The notes under the pieces were generated by a model, which was not told where the DNA came from, ran no database searches, and saw nothing but the letters and a program-made list of their open reading frames with translations. From the NCBI RefSeq assembly GCF_009914755.1, contig NC_060926.1: a stretch of 64,000 nucleotides of DNA. One strand, given 5' to 3'. Positions 13,731-28,791 of the stretch are shown here, in pieces (position 1 is the stretch's first letter; every line of letters begins with the position of its first letter). Both the position numbers and the translations under genes were made by a program. This DNA is from the human T2T-CHM13v2.0 reference genome, Homo sapiens.

Positions 13731-14750
13731 ATTATGTATTTTAAAATATTAAGCATTTTAAAAGATAGTTATCACAATGATCATATTAAACCCTGTAGTT
13801 GAAATCTTTGGTTCTCTTTTCTACAGAGGGGTGCATCAATCCATTCATTCATTCCAGTTATGGGCCAGTGATGTGCTAGGAAAGATCCATTTCTCTCTCT
13901 GTCCTTAGAATGGCTATTTTTATCTTATCAGCCAATAACTGCCAGGATTTTTTCTGATTATTATTGGGGAAAAAACTTACCAAAAAAAGTATTATCACTT
14001 AAACATTTTTTGGCTAATATGAGTGATTAAAAATGGGATCCTAAAGTAATGGAAATCTATTTGATTTCTAGCAAAGTTAAGTATTTTTATATTTATTAGC
14101 TATTTGTATACATTCTTTGTGAATGATATATTCTGGACCTCTGTCCATTTTCTGTTGGCATCTTATTGTTTAAAATTATATGAATGATTCTCCATGGTTT
14201 AAAATATTAAATCTTATTTTGTCATAGTTGTTTATAAGTGTTTTTCAAAATATGTTTGCTGTCTACTTTTGTAATTACTTTTCTTGACCCATTGAAGTTT
14301 TAAATTTTCATGTAGCCAGATCAATCAGACCTTATATTTCTTATTTTTTCCTATTACTTTCATACTTAGAATGCCCATGTCTTCCAAGAGCTGATGTATA
14401 CTTTTATAACTAGTATTACAATGTGTAATCCAGTCTTAGGATTTGCAATATCTACCTATATTTTCACTTTAGAGTTTTCTCATGGGATGATTTTTAAAAC
14501 TATATAACGTACTTGGAATTCATTCTCACCTGTAGTGTTAGGTGAAGATCTAAAATTTATTTGCAAATAACCAAGTAGTATTTTTAGTGATTTTATATCC
14601 TAGTTATTAAATACTAAGGGTTCCTACATTATAGGCCTGATTAGGAGCTTTCTTCTTTGTTCTATTGAGCTCCAAGCCTGTTTCTCTGACAATACCATGA
14701 TGGTTTATTGTTTAGGTGATTTATTATGTCTAGTTATCGGGTTGAGTTAG

Positions 14751-15161
<411 letters not shown>

Positions 15162-16274
15162 TAATTTTGATTATAATTATTTTAAACTCATAAATTAATC
15201 TGGGAAAGTAGTTATCTTTATAATATGCAGTTTCCTCAACTAGAAATATTCCCCATTCTTTTAATTCATTTTTTGTTTTATTCTGTTGTATGCATATTAT
15301 GTTTCAGTTTTGAAACATTTGTTAATTATGCGTTCTTAGTAGTATATAATTCTTGCATACGGCAATTTGGACTGATTTTAAATAATATTGGAAGGTCACA
15401 TACAATAATAAGCAAATTAATAATAGCATAAAGGAATCCACCTCTCATTTTGAGAAAGATTGCTTGTATTGTAGAAAATAGCTGTTAGCATATAATGTAA
15501 AATAAGATTCTAGTATTCTGTTAAGCACTTTAAGTTTTTCAGTTGCATATACTACCCCTATTTTATTAAACTATATTTAATTTTTTTATTTGGGAATGCT
15601 TTTCTTTTCTATACCTAAAAGCTCTGCAATTTGTTGGTCTATAGGTTATCATGCAAGAAGTTCTCAAGCCTTTTTGATTTTTGTGCAATAAAGTACAGCT
15701 TTGCATAAGAGTGAAATTGGGCTAGCTTAAATGGATCCATAAACTTTCTTCTAATTTTAAGTGAGAATCTTTTAAACACCTGTTAAATTTAATGTAGCAG
15801 TCTGAGAATCTAAAATTATGTACCACTCGTTTATTTGTTCATTCATCCATCCCTTTTCCCATGAATATTTCATTTGTTTATCCAGCTAGTTTTATTAACT
15901 GTTTTAATCCAGGCATTGGGATATAATGATAAGCAAGATATCATTCCTGTGGAAACTTCTTCCAGGCACTAAAGATATAGAGGATGAATTAGAGGAACAT
16001 AAAATTGGAGGAGATTGAATACTTAAAGGCAGTGGCCATAGGGATGGCAAAGAGGAAGTAGAGATAGAGTCATTAGGACTTAGTGCCAATTAAATACGGG
16101 GTGAGTGAGAGAAGATGGCTTTGGGATGTCCTCAAGTTCCTAGCTTATTTATTCATTATGCTTTTATTGGAGGACTATCATGTTTTAGGCATTGTTATGT
16201 TTCAGGCATTGTATAAATGCAGGAGGACGTAAGAAATAAGCCACATCAGAACTTAGATTATAGAGGGGAAAGTA

Positions 16275-16332
16275 TTAGGTTGGTGCATTGCTTTTAGTGG
16301 CAGAAACAGCAATTACTTTGGCACCAGCATAA
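16275..16332. mobile_element. MADE1 (Hsmar1 mariner MITE) with internal deletion
   Basis: TA|ttaggttggtgca...gcaattactttggcaccagcataa|TA: Hsmar1 TIR ends and TA duplication. Confidence 0.8.
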
Positions 16333-17369
16333 TAGAATGGTTGTGACTGGGGTGGGAGTGTGCGTATAGAGAGAAAGATTATGGGTTCACTTTCAGGCCT
16401 GTTGAGCTGCCTGCCTGTTAGATATACAAGCGGAAGTAATGGATATTCAGATAGAGAGTTCGAGAGAGTCATTGCTGGACATACAGTCATCAGTGTATAG
16501 CTGGCAATTGAAATCATGGATTAGAAGGTCTTTCAAAAAGAGTCCTTAGTGAGAAAAGAAAGGGAGAATTGGAATCTTGAGGAATAACAGTTTGTTAGTC
16601 AGAGGAAGATGAACCTGTGAAGAAGACTAAAGTGGAGTAATCAGAGAGATAGAAGGTAACTTGGGACAGTGTTTCACAAAAGCCAAGAAAATTTTCCAGG
16701 CAGAATGTTCAGCTGTATCTAAAGTCAAGTCAAGGGTCTGTAAGATAAGGATTTAAAATGTCCACTAAATTTTGTAATTAGGAGATCATTGTTGATCATG
16801 TGAAACTATTTCTGTGGGGAATTTGAATAATAGAAATGGTGTGACCCCTACACTTTTTTTTTTTAAACCTTGGCCTTGCAGAGAGGCTAGATAAACTTGA
16901 AAGACCGTATCAGGATTCATAGCATTAATGAAGGGTTATCCTTGGAGAGGAAAACAAGTATACTAAGGAATATTTGTAGAAAATGGAGAAATTCAGAGAG
17001 CTGTCTTCCTCTGTCAGCCAAAAGTTTCTCAGCAGCAGGGGTTGATTTACTCAGCAGTGTGTTTAGTGCCTGACCTGTAGTAAGTAATTAGTAAATATTT
17101 GCTGAATGATCGAGCCTAATAAAAGAGTTGAAGAATTTTGTTCATCCCAAGTCTAAAGTGTAGCTTCAGAATTTAGCCACTTCTGGAGCTTAAGATTTAC
17201 TTTTCTTCTCTGTCATTAAAAATTAAACATGTAGTCAAAAAATTAACCTTCTAAAGGCATTTAAAAAATTCTTTTAGAATAAGCTCTGCTTTATAATATA
17301 GTCTATGTTTTTCATAGTACTGCACATTCCTAAGGTTTACTACTTTGTCTTTTATAGTGTACTTTTTAA

Positions 17370-17872
17370 AATTTATTTTTTGTAGAGACAGGGTCTCACT
17401 GTGTTGCCCAGTTGGATCTTGAACTCCTGATTTCAAGTGATCCTCCCACCTCAGCCTCCCATGCCTATTGGGATTACAGGCATGAGACACCACATCTGGC
17501 CCTTTTATAGTGTATTTTAAGTTCTGCTTTGGTTATCTCTTTTTGAAACTTTGCAAATGTTAAAGATTTTATTTGAATTTTGTTAGTTATAAAGTTGAAA
17601 CATTTTATTTTATTATTAATTTTGAGACAGAGTCTCACTTTTTCACCCAGGCTGGAGTGCAGCAGCACAATCACAGCCCGCTGCAGCCTTGACCTCCTGG
17701 GTTCAAGCAATCCTCCCACACACCACTAAGCCCTGCTAATTTTTTATATTTTTTGTAGTGGCGGGTTTTCACCATGTTGTCAATCTGGTCTCAAACTTCT
17801 GAGCTCAAGTGATCCGCCTGCCTCAGCCTCACAAAGTGCTGGGATTACAGGCATGAGCCACTGTGCTCGGCT
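17370..17872 (-). mobile_element. Alu monomer (17370-17501) and AluJ-like element (17605-17872)
   Basis: Diverged Alu arms; the second has an internal deletion. Confidence 0.82.
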
Positions 17873-18348
17873 GAAACATTTTAATAAGAGCAGTTAACCA
17901 TACCTTTTCAACAGGAATTGATTTGGGAACTCTGCCTATCTCTTTTTAAAGATGTGAAAACTTACTTATTCGTTATTGCTAAGTTTGTGATAAGTATCCT
18001 ATAAGCCACTCCATTTGTAGTGAAACTAATTCTTTCATTCTCTATGTAATACTTTAATTTCTGTAATCTAAGATCAGAAACACTCATAATCAAGTTAATG
18101 TATCCTAATTGTTCACTTTGATAACACAACACATTTTCTATACATTTTCTTCATGTTAGAGTCAAGAGAATATGAGTCTAAAATGTAATTTTTTTGCAAA
18201 AAATATGACTCCTAAGGTTTTTTTTTACATTTCTTCTTTGTGTATTAAAGTTTTTATTTCTGTTCCATAGATATATATGTGACATATAAAATAAATTAGA
18301 AAGAGAAGATATACAATACTATGTAAAGTGACTACATTTTTCTTTTAG

Positions 18349-18452
18349 GCTGGGATATGAAGAACAACAGCCTGAGGTTCCAATTCTTTATCATGATGTA
18401 ACATCCCTTTTGCTCATCCAGATCTTAATGATGCCACAACCCTTACGCAAAG
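18349..18452 (+). CDS. UBR3: UBR3 coding exon
   Basis: Acceptor tttttcttttag|G, donor AAG|gtatgt. Encodes LGYEEQQPEVPILYHDVTSLLLIQILMMPQPLRK. Phases 2 to 1 fit both neighbours. Confidence 0.94.
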
Positions 18453-18527
18453 GTATGTCTTTATAATTCAGATTCTTTGATTATATACTATGTATTTTGA
18501 ATATTCTAGAGATTATAGAGACAAATA

Positions 18528-18660
18528 GGCTGGGTGTGGTGGCTCATGCTTGTAATCCCCGCACTTTAGGAGGCTGAGGTGGGTGGATTGCTTGAGCACA
18601 GGAGCTCGAGACCAGCCTGGGCTATTAATATAGTGAGATGCTGTCTCAAAAAGAGAAAGA
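18528..18660 (+). mobile_element. Alu monomer
   Basis: ggctgggtgtggtggctcatgcttgtaatccc...gagatgctgtctcaaaaa. Confidence 0.8.
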
Positions 18661-19399
18661 GAAGTAAATACAGCAGTAAGTATGATGGATACTTTTTGTG
18701 GTAATAACAGACATTGTTTTTTCTATTATTAGCAAATAGTAATCGTATCTAAAAAATGACAATGAAAAAGTGTTTTTTAAAATTCTTGTGGGTCTGTTCA
18801 GCTTTTTAGTCACTAAGAGGTAAAGACATGGGAAAACATTCTGAAAATGGTTTAAAAAATTGAAGTGATGATACAAATGAAAATTCGAAAAATAGAGCAA
18901 ACTCTCAGCCTTAGTGCCTTTATCTATGTGCATACATATTTTGATATAGTAGTAATTGTAGAGTTATTAAAAATAGTCTCATCATTTTAAGTTAGTGTTA
19001 ATATCATAACATTATTATATTAACAGCATCAGTATTATATTAGCAACATTTTAATTATTGCTCCTTGGTCTTTGTAGCTTTCACTTGAAGACAACATTTA
19101 AAATATTCAATCAGATAATTAACATCTTCTGTATTAGAAAACTAGTTTTTATTTTGTTTAACTATTACAAGTTACAGTAGAATGAACATCTATGGGTGTA
19201 TAAAAGTCTTGTTCCTGGGGAAGACATTGTTTATACAAACTCCAGCTTGATCTTTGATAAATCCTTTTACCTAAGGGTGTGAAATAATCATTTAAAAATA
19301 CATAGGCAAATTATGATATTTCATGCAAATTATGACATTCTGTAAAAAGTAAAACAATATCATTGATAAGCATAATATACTAGCACTGTGTGCTTCAAT

Positions 19400-20265
<866 letters not shown>

Positions 20266-22349
20266 GTAATTATATATTTAACTGCAAAACTTCAGATATT
20301 TTTGAATGTTACTTTTTTGGGGGGTTAGACTGTGTCTGCTAATTTAATCATTTGTGTTTATAGAGTTTAAAAACCTGTTAAGTAGTCTTATTAAAATTAA
20401 TCTCTTTGTAAAATTAGTTTCAAATTCTTTAGGCTTTTTGTGTCACTTTGGTTAGTTTTTCTTAATCTAGGGAAACAGTTGCCTTGGATCATGCTGGTTT
20501 ACTCCTGATTGTGCTCTTCTAATTATATTAGTAGTATTACGTTTTGAAATATTTTAAAAATTACTTTATGTCTTCAAAATATTTAAGTGTGTTAAATATA
20601 CCTTTTACTTATGAGTTATTACATAAACCTGAAAAGGTAAAAGAGAAGGAAACTTGACATAGAGAAGATTGTCTCTATGTCACTATTTAATCTATATTAA
20701 TCAATATTTAATCTAAAGAGAAAAATATTTTAGTTAAGAGTAAAGGACCTGTTGTGTCAGTGTCTGAGAGCTGTAGCTGGTGCATCACCCTCGTTGTCAG
20801 AAGTTACTGTTGGCACTGGCTTTCAACAGAAGACGAAGTTCATGCTCAAAGAGGATGCAATACATGAAATTAACCAAACTTACTGAATTTAATTCAGTAG
20901 AAACAGAGTTTAAAAACTATATCATAAAGTGAGTCAAGAAAATTGATCTTAGTAATGGTTAAATAAATAGAATAAATTCAGGAAATCATCAATGTAAAAA
21001 TGTATAATATTGTTAATAATCATGCCTTAAAGTAATATCATTAAAGAAGAGTTTCTTGGACAAATTTAATAAGCAAATTCAATAAATTCATTGCTTGATT
21101 CAGTTCAAGAAATACTTAATAAGTACCTACTGTGTACCAGGTTGCTATGCTTCTTTGCCAAGTGCTGGACACACAAAGATGACCAAAACATGTACTTCAC
21201 CCTTGGGGAGCCAAATAGCTAGGTATTTAGCAGTCATTAAATTTACCTGTAGTTAGAATTGCTTTTAAAACTTGTGCTTTATATTATTTCTTAAAATTTT
21301 ACAATAATTCAAGATTGGATTATCTTGATATTAGATTATACTGCTGTCGAACACATTGTGTAATATTTTGCTAGCTGTCATTGTGGTGATGAATTCCTCT
21401 TAGAATTTAGGGTCAGAGAAAAAAATGCCATTCCTTATTAATTTTTTTAGTCTTTCACACTTTGAGAACTGGATAGAGGCCTTTAATTCCTAGGAAGTTC
21501 AGAGCTTAATTACATTAATTTTCCACAGAGGTTTTTTTTGAGGGGAGGTGGAGAGTTGGGGAGATAAGGAGTTATTAATATAAATTTTTCTTCTCCACTC
21601 CCTTTTGATGTAAGAGTTAATAGTGGTCTTTATTGGGACAGTGTTATTATAAACTATTTTTATTGTAAGAATATGTATTTGTGTAACTGTTTAAGTTATT
21701 GTTTGTTATTAGAAGAGAAAAGCAGAGGAAGGAAATTTTACTGTTTAGACTTACTAGAACGTTAAATGCTTCCCATGGTTTTATCTGAAAAATAGATGGA
21801 TGCAGAAACCTAGCTATATACCTCTTAAATCTTTTAATGCTTAGCATTGTTTTCAGGTTGAAAGACCTTTTTATGCCAATTATCTCATCAGAAGCTCAAA
21901 TTAAATATATTAAAGACAAGTTTTTTTCTTTGATCTCTTATGTCCTTGCATCTTATGTTTCATAATACCCATCACATCACTGGCCTCTAAAGAATAAACT
22001 CGGAAGTAACTTCTGACATCACTGTTTTCAGGTATTCATATTTAGTTCTTTATGTACAAGGGGAAAGAAGATTTATAACTTAGGATCAGATTTGGCTATA
22101 TAATATAAAGAAGAAACGAAATTAACACAGTAGCTTAAATAAGATACTACTTGTTTTTCTTTCATGTAGAAAGAAGTGTGAAAGTAGGCAGGCCGGACAC
22201 TTCTACTTCACAGCACCAGATTCTTTATGGTATGGCCCTCATCTCCCTGTGCCAAGGTAGCTGCTAAGAGTTCTAGCCATCACAGTCTAGTTTAAGGCAG
22301 CAGGATGAGAGTTAAGAGAGGAACTTCACCTTCTTTTTTAAGAAGCCCT

Positions 22350-22423
22350 CTTAGATGATTCACACAAAATTTACAATTATTATCTCCTTAGATGATTCAC
22401 ACAAAATTTACAATTATTATCTC
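22350..22423. repeat. Perfect 2 x 37 bp tandem duplication
   Basis: cttagatgattcacacaaaatttacaattattatctc occurs twice head-to-tail. Confidence 0.95.
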
Positions 22424-22495
22424 TCAGGCTAAAATTCTTTCTTATTTTTGAGCCTCCAGGGTTTAAGACATAAAATCATCATCCTTTATAGGGAG

Positions 22496-22863
22496 TGTAT
22501 TAGTTCATTTTCATGCTGATAATAAAGACACATCTGAGACTGGGCAATTTAAAAAAGAAAGAGGTTTAATGGACTCACAGTTCCATATGGCTGGGAGGTC
22601 TCACAATCATGGCAGAAGGCAAAAGGCACGTCTTACATGGTAGCAGACAAGAGAAGAGAATGATAGCCAAGTGAAAGGGGTTTCCCTGCATGAAACCATT
22701 AGATCTCATGAGACTTATTCACTACCATGAGAACAGGATGCGGGAACCACCCCCATGATTCAGTTATCTCCCACTGGGTCCCTCCCACAACACGAGGGAG
22801 TTAAAATTATGGGAGTTAAAATTCAAGATGAGATTTGGGTGGGGAGACAATCAGACTGTATCA
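22496..22863 (-). mobile_element. THE1-type MaLR solo LTR
   Basis: TG...CA ends, gaggtttaatggactcacagttcca and gagacttattcactaccatgagaac motifs, 5-bp TSD gggag at 22491-22495 and 22864-22868. Confidence 0.9.
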
Positions 22864-23418
22864 GGGAGGGTCAGTTACCCAGGTTTGGATCATGTTGCTG
22901 TTCTTGAGGAGCTTCACAAATCTGTTCTTAACCATGCTGTATAGAATACAGACTCCCAAGATTCTATAGAGCATTTGGGACCAGTGATTATAGAATATCC
23001 CTGCTTCCAAGATCCCATAAGCAGGGCCCAGAAAAGAGAGCTTGAATCCTGCTTATTATTTTCCATTGACTTGAAGAAAGAAAATATCTCAGTTTTGCTT
23101 TGTTATAAACCAAGGGCTTAAAAAACTATTTATTTACAAGCATACATAACAGTAAAGAGCAGAGTTTCATGAACCCCCATATCAACTCATGGCCAGTCTT
23201 GTTTCATTTATACCCTCACTTATTCCCTCCTCCCTCCCACCTGTGGTTATTTTGAAGCGAATTCCAGACCACATATCATTTTATCTCTATAGTCTTCAGT
23301 ATGTATCTCTAAAAGATAAGGATTCTTAAAATAATTTTAAAAAATCGTGAACACAATTAAAAATGAACAGTTATGCCTAAATATCAGTAAATATCCCATC
23401 AGTGTTCAAATTCCATAG

Positions 23419-23728
<310 letters not shown>

Positions 23729-24456
23729 GTAAATTATTTTTAAATATTATTTGGTTTATTTGGCTTAGGATCCAAAAAAGATCCATACATTGGATTTGGT
23801 TGTTATAGTTCTTTTAAATCTGTGGGTTGCCTCCCTCCTCCTACCTCCTTGCATTTTATTTGTTGAAGAATCTGAGTCTTTTTCCCTTTAGAACTTACCG
23901 TAGTCTCTATTTTGCTACTTGTACCCCCAACAATATCATTTAATAACATGATCTTCTGTCCCTGTGTGTGTCCTACAGACTGGCAGATAGATTTAGATGG
24001 AATCAGTTTCTTATTTCTTTTTACAAAAATACTTCATGGATAATGTTAAATACTTTTTTATCAGGAGATATAATTTCCAGTTGTTCCTCTTTATGTGACA
24101 GTAGAAGCTATTGATTATTCTCTAGATTTATTCCTTAATTATTTCATTTCTTAAGTGGAATTCATAAAACTAAAATTTTTTCCTATTTTTCCTATTTGTT
24201 TACACATTGGTAAAGTTGATATAGGAAAGGCAGGTTAAATGCTTGATTTTGTACCAGTTTTCAGAAAAATGACTTTTTTTTTTAGCATTCTCCAAAGATG
24301 ATTGCTTTTTTCCCAGTATTATGAATTCTTGGATTTTAATATATTTAGTGTCCTTCAGTCCCATAGTAAAATAATAACTGTTTAAATACTTCAGGTTGGC
24401 TTGTATCCTATTGATGTAACCCCAACAGTCTTTGATAGCCTCTTCAGACCAAAGCT

Positions 24457-24770
24457 TTATTTTTTTTATTTTTTGGGGAGACAGTCTTGTTCTGTTGCCC
24501 AGGCTGGAGTACAGTGGTACAGTCATAACTCACTGCAGCCTTGACCTCCTGGGCTCAAGCAGTCCTCCTGCCTCAGACTCCCCATGTAGTTGGGACCACA
24601 GGTGCACACCACCACATTTGGCTAATTTTATTTTTTGTAGAGACGGTGGCGGTGTTGGGGGGTGTCTCACTTTGTTGCCCAGGCTGGTCTCGAACTCTGG
24701 GCTCAAGGAATCCACCTGCCTTGGCCTCCCAAGGTGCTGGAATTACAGGCATGAGCCACTGTGCTGGCCT
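24457..24770 (-). mobile_element. AluJ-like
   Basis: Diverged dimer; TSD-like agaccaaagcttt / agaccaaggcttt. Confidence 0.85.
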
Positions 24771-25451
24771 AAGACCAAGGCTTTTTAGTATGTGGTTCCA
24801 GAGTTCATTAATAGGCTTTAAGAAATCCTAAAATGGTAAGGAAAAAATTGTACATATATGTGCATTTTTTTCTGAGTAGTTTCACAGCTTTTACCAGATT
24901 TTCAAAAGGATTTTGACCTCTAAAATTTAATTACTTATATATTATCCTGGGGACTCCTGGCCATATACAAATATATTTTGTAGAATCAGCAGATTACAGT
25001 GGGATGAGAAATGAGAAGGAAGTGAGAGAATTGAGACAGTGAACAGAGAGATCTTTCAAGAGAGAATGGAGGAGGAGAACAGAAGCCATACGTGATGTAC
25101 AGTAGTCCCCCCTTACCCATGGTTGCACTTTCTGTGGTTTTTGTTACCAGTGGTCAACTTTGGTCCAAAAAGAGTAAATGGAAAATTCCAGAAATAAATA
25201 ATTTATACATTTTAAGTTGCATGCCATTCTGAGTAGTACACTGAAATCTCATGCTGTCTTGTCCCTTTCTCCCTGGGAAATGAAGTCATCCCTTTGTCCA
25301 GTATATCCACACTGTAGATGCTACCCACCCATTAGTCATTTAGTGGCCATGTGGGCTATCAGAACAACTGTCGTGGTATCACAGTGCTTGTGTTCAAGTA
25401 ACTCTTATTTTACTTAATAATGGCCCCAAAGCACAAGACTAGTGATGGTGG

Positions 25452-26139
25452 CGAGAAATAAAAATAAAATCTTAAGCTCCTCAACTGAACAGATGTTATT
25501 AAAGAATGATCTTTTGTTTCTTGTTTTCTAGAGCTGGCTTCTGCTTACTCCTTAGAAAATAATTCAGGTTAAAGGTTGATAAGGGAGGGGCACACTGAGG
25601 TGTGAACGATATTCTTTAGGATCATTGTGAGGATCATTCTTTAATCACATTTAGCCAATCATCTGGGGTTGCAACTGAACTCCCCTCTCCCTCTTTGCAA
25701 TTTTACAATACACCCCTTCCCCAAAGCTGACCAGCATCTCTGGACTAGTTTTGGCCGATTCATGGAGGAAGTTCAGTGAGGGTTTTTCTGTCTTCTACTC
25801 TACCTTCTAGTGTCAGAGGGTCAAAACCTCACTCTGGCATCATGCTGTTGCCACCATTTTTTGAACACGCAACCCATGAAGAGGCATGAAGCTAAATTGC
25901 TCATGTGCGTGTTTCTCCTTTCATAAATACTCATGACTCTTCCTATAGCTTATTGAACGTGTACACTTAGCCACCCTATTTAGCATAAATTCCTGACCTT
26001 CCTCAAAGGACTTGCTCTTGGCTTATGCTAGAGGCTGTGATTCCCAGCTTGCTGATGGCTAGCCTGCAGGATGCAACCTTTTATGAGAAATAAAGCCCTC
26101 GTTTCCAAATTCGTAAACCTTGTGTTTCTTAAGTTGACA
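25452..26139 (+). mobile_element. ERV1-class solo LTR nested in MER44
   Basis: Begins cgagaaataaaaataaaatc, ends ttgaCA, AATAAA near the 3' end, 4-bp TSD-like gtgg/ctgg; host sequence resumes seamlessly. Confidence 0.65.
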
Positions 26140-26477
26140 CTGGCAATTTGGATACGCCAAAGAGAAACTAAAGTTTTTTCTTTTAAGTGAAAAGGTGAAA
26201 ATTCCTTACTTAAAAAGGAAAGGAAAAAAATTGTATGCTGAGGTTACTAAGATCTTTGGTAAGAATGAGTCTTCTATCCATGAAATTATGAAGAAGGAAA
26301 AACAAATTTGTGCTAGTTTCACAATCACACCTTAAATAGTAAAAGTTATGGCCATAGTACAGTAAATAATTTTGAGAGATCAGATTTTCATAATTTTTAT
26401 TATAATTGTTCTATATTATTGTTAATGTCTTATTGTGTCTAATTTATAAATTAAACTTTATCATAGGTATGTATGTA

Positions 26478-26931
26478 CAGTTGACCCTTGAACAACACAG
26501 AGGCTAAGGGTGTGGTCCCCCTTTACTTCTCCACTTCCCACCCCACTCCACCATGCAGTTGAATCCACTGCACATATTTTTTGATTTCCCAAAAACTTAG
26601 CTACTAATAGCCTATTGCTGACCAGAAGCCTTACCAATAACACTGTCAATTAACACATAATTTATGTTATATGTATTACGTACTTTATTCTCACAATGTA
26701 AGGCTAGAGAAAAGAAAACATTATTAAGAAAATTATAAGAGAGAAAATATATTTACTATTCATTAAGTGGAAGTGGATCATCATAAAAGTATTCATCCTT
26801 GTCATCTTCATGTTGAATAGGCTAAGGAAGAGGAAGGGTTGATCTTGCTGTCTCAGGGGTGGCAAAAGTGGAAGAAAATCCTTGTATGAGTAGACCTGCA
26901 CAGTTCAAACCCATCTTGTTACATAGTACTG
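26478..26931. mobile_element. Tigger2a-like element nested in MER44
   Basis: TA|cagttgacccttgaacaacac at the left end and degenerate inverted end cagttcaaacccatcttgtt...actg. Confidence 0.75.
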
Positions 26932-28332
26932 CAGATGTAGGATTCAGAACTATCCGCAGTTTCAGACATCCCCTGGGGTCTTGGAGTGTATCTCCTGAGG
27001 ATAAGGGGGGGATTACTATTTCAAAGGGGTTATTTTTTGTTTTTAAGATAGGAGAATTGTGAGCATCTTTAAGTGTTTGCCATTTATCCATTCTTTACTT
27101 AATAACTCATGATGGTCCTTTACCTTGTGTTGCCCTTTCTAGAAGCCTTTCTATTGGATATCCTTTTTCTCATTGCCATAATAACTTCTCCGTGATTCTG
27201 TTTTGATACTTGTCTGACTTGTCTGATTTTCTTTACTATCGCCCTCTCCAGACTGTCAGTTCCTCCAAGACTAGCAGCACTATCTATCCTAATGCCCACT
27301 TGGTACATCATATGTTCAGTAAATGCTTTGGGGATACAGTGGATGTGTTAAAAACACAATACTCTTATTTTATGGTAAATTGCTTATTTTCCATTTTAAA
27401 ATTCAAGAAAGCTATTACTTTCATTTGAATCTTTAACACTTATATTGTGATCACTTCTATATAATGTTTTTTGAGAATGTTGGCAGTTTATTGGACCCAA
27501 AATTCAATTGCCTGAAGTATACCCAAAGGACCAGCATTTACTACCCTATTAGTTGTTAGACGGACTTGGTATCTTTTCTTGGTTCTATGTTGACTAAGGC
27601 AAATGAAGTCTTTTTAAACCGTTTGGATTCTTCACTCATCAGAGAGAAAATAGACTTGAGTTTTTCACACAGAAAAGAACATCACAAATTGATTTTTCTT
27701 GTAGACTAGACTTTTTGGAGAGGGTCAGAGCACATGTAGTTAGTAACTCCAAATCATAAAAGGTAAGACTGAGAAGATTTGACATCTGCATGTGGTATAT
27801 GCAAAGTGCTTTATGGAAGCAGTGGAATAGTATTTTTACAAAAAATTATCATGGTGATAGGAACAGAATAAAATGTCTGATACCTTCTTCAGATCATGTC
27901 CTGTTTACCTGTGTGCTCTTCCCCTAGGGATTTTGTTATTTTAGATATACTCTACCTTGTCTTAAAAGAAACTACAGGTAGTTTGCTTCTAAGGCATTTC
28001 AAGTAAGTATTGATCTTCCTTTGTTCGTCCTCAGGTATTTTGATAGTTTTTTTTGTTGTTATTGTAGTTTTTAAACACATTGACTTAGATTAGATGTCCA
28101 ATCCTTTTTTGTTCTTTTTAAATGTTGATAATTGTATTTGAAGGACTTTGTTTTCTGTTTTAATGTTGGTAGTTAGCAGCCTGTTGACCTAATATAAACC
28201 TCATGTGAGAGATTCCTTGTTTCTTGTAGGTCCCTAAAAGATGTTGGTGTTACACATGGCAAGCATTCAATAAATAAACATCTGTTAAATGAACAAGTGA
28301 ATATGAGAACTTAAGCCTTGACTTTAAATTGC

Positions 28333-28674
28333 CAGTTAATCATCCATTGGTATCCATGGGAGATTGGTTCCACGACCCCCTGCCAATTCCAAAATCCACA
28401 GATACTCAAGTCCCTTACATAAAATGGTGTAGTATTTGCATATAACCTACACATATCTTCTCATATACTTTAAATCATCTCTAGATTACTTAGTACAATA
28501 TAAATGTTATATAAATAGTTGTTATACTGTATTTTTTAGGGCATAATGAGAAGGGCAAAAGTCTGTACATGTTCAGTACAGACACAACCATCTATTTTTT
28601 TTTTCCAAATACTTTTGAGCCATGATTGGCTGAATCCATGGATGAGGAGCCCACAGGTACAAAGAGCTGACTGT
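28333..28674. mobile_element. MER2 (Tigger-family MITE)
   Basis: ggtatccatgggagattggttcc...ctcaagtcccttacataaaatggtgtagtatttgcatataacctac...gctgactgta. Confidence 0.8.
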
Positions 28675-28791
28675 ATTTTTTTAAATGATGATAATCAAGA
28701 CAGACAAATGGACTAAAACCAGAAATTAGTACTTTTCTACAATGAAAAGCTAAAACTATAGTGGCTATCATTTCTTTTAGTACATTACTTC

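Larger units (their letters stand above)
25100..27018 (+). mobile_element. MER44/Tigger7-type DNA transposon hosting nested elements
   Basis: Terminal inverted repeats cagtagtcccccccttacc ... ggataagggggggattacta. Confidence 0.75.

Noticed and set aside
15590-15790. Possible alternative terminal exon (ctatag|GTTATC..., AATAAA near 15688)
   Set aside because: Acceptor is mediocre and AATAAA is frequent in this AT-rich intron; no independent support.
20733-20890. GC-richer island after tttttag with two frames open for 45-50 codons
   Set aside because: No convincing donor site, no recognisable homology, and the flanking exons already join in frame.
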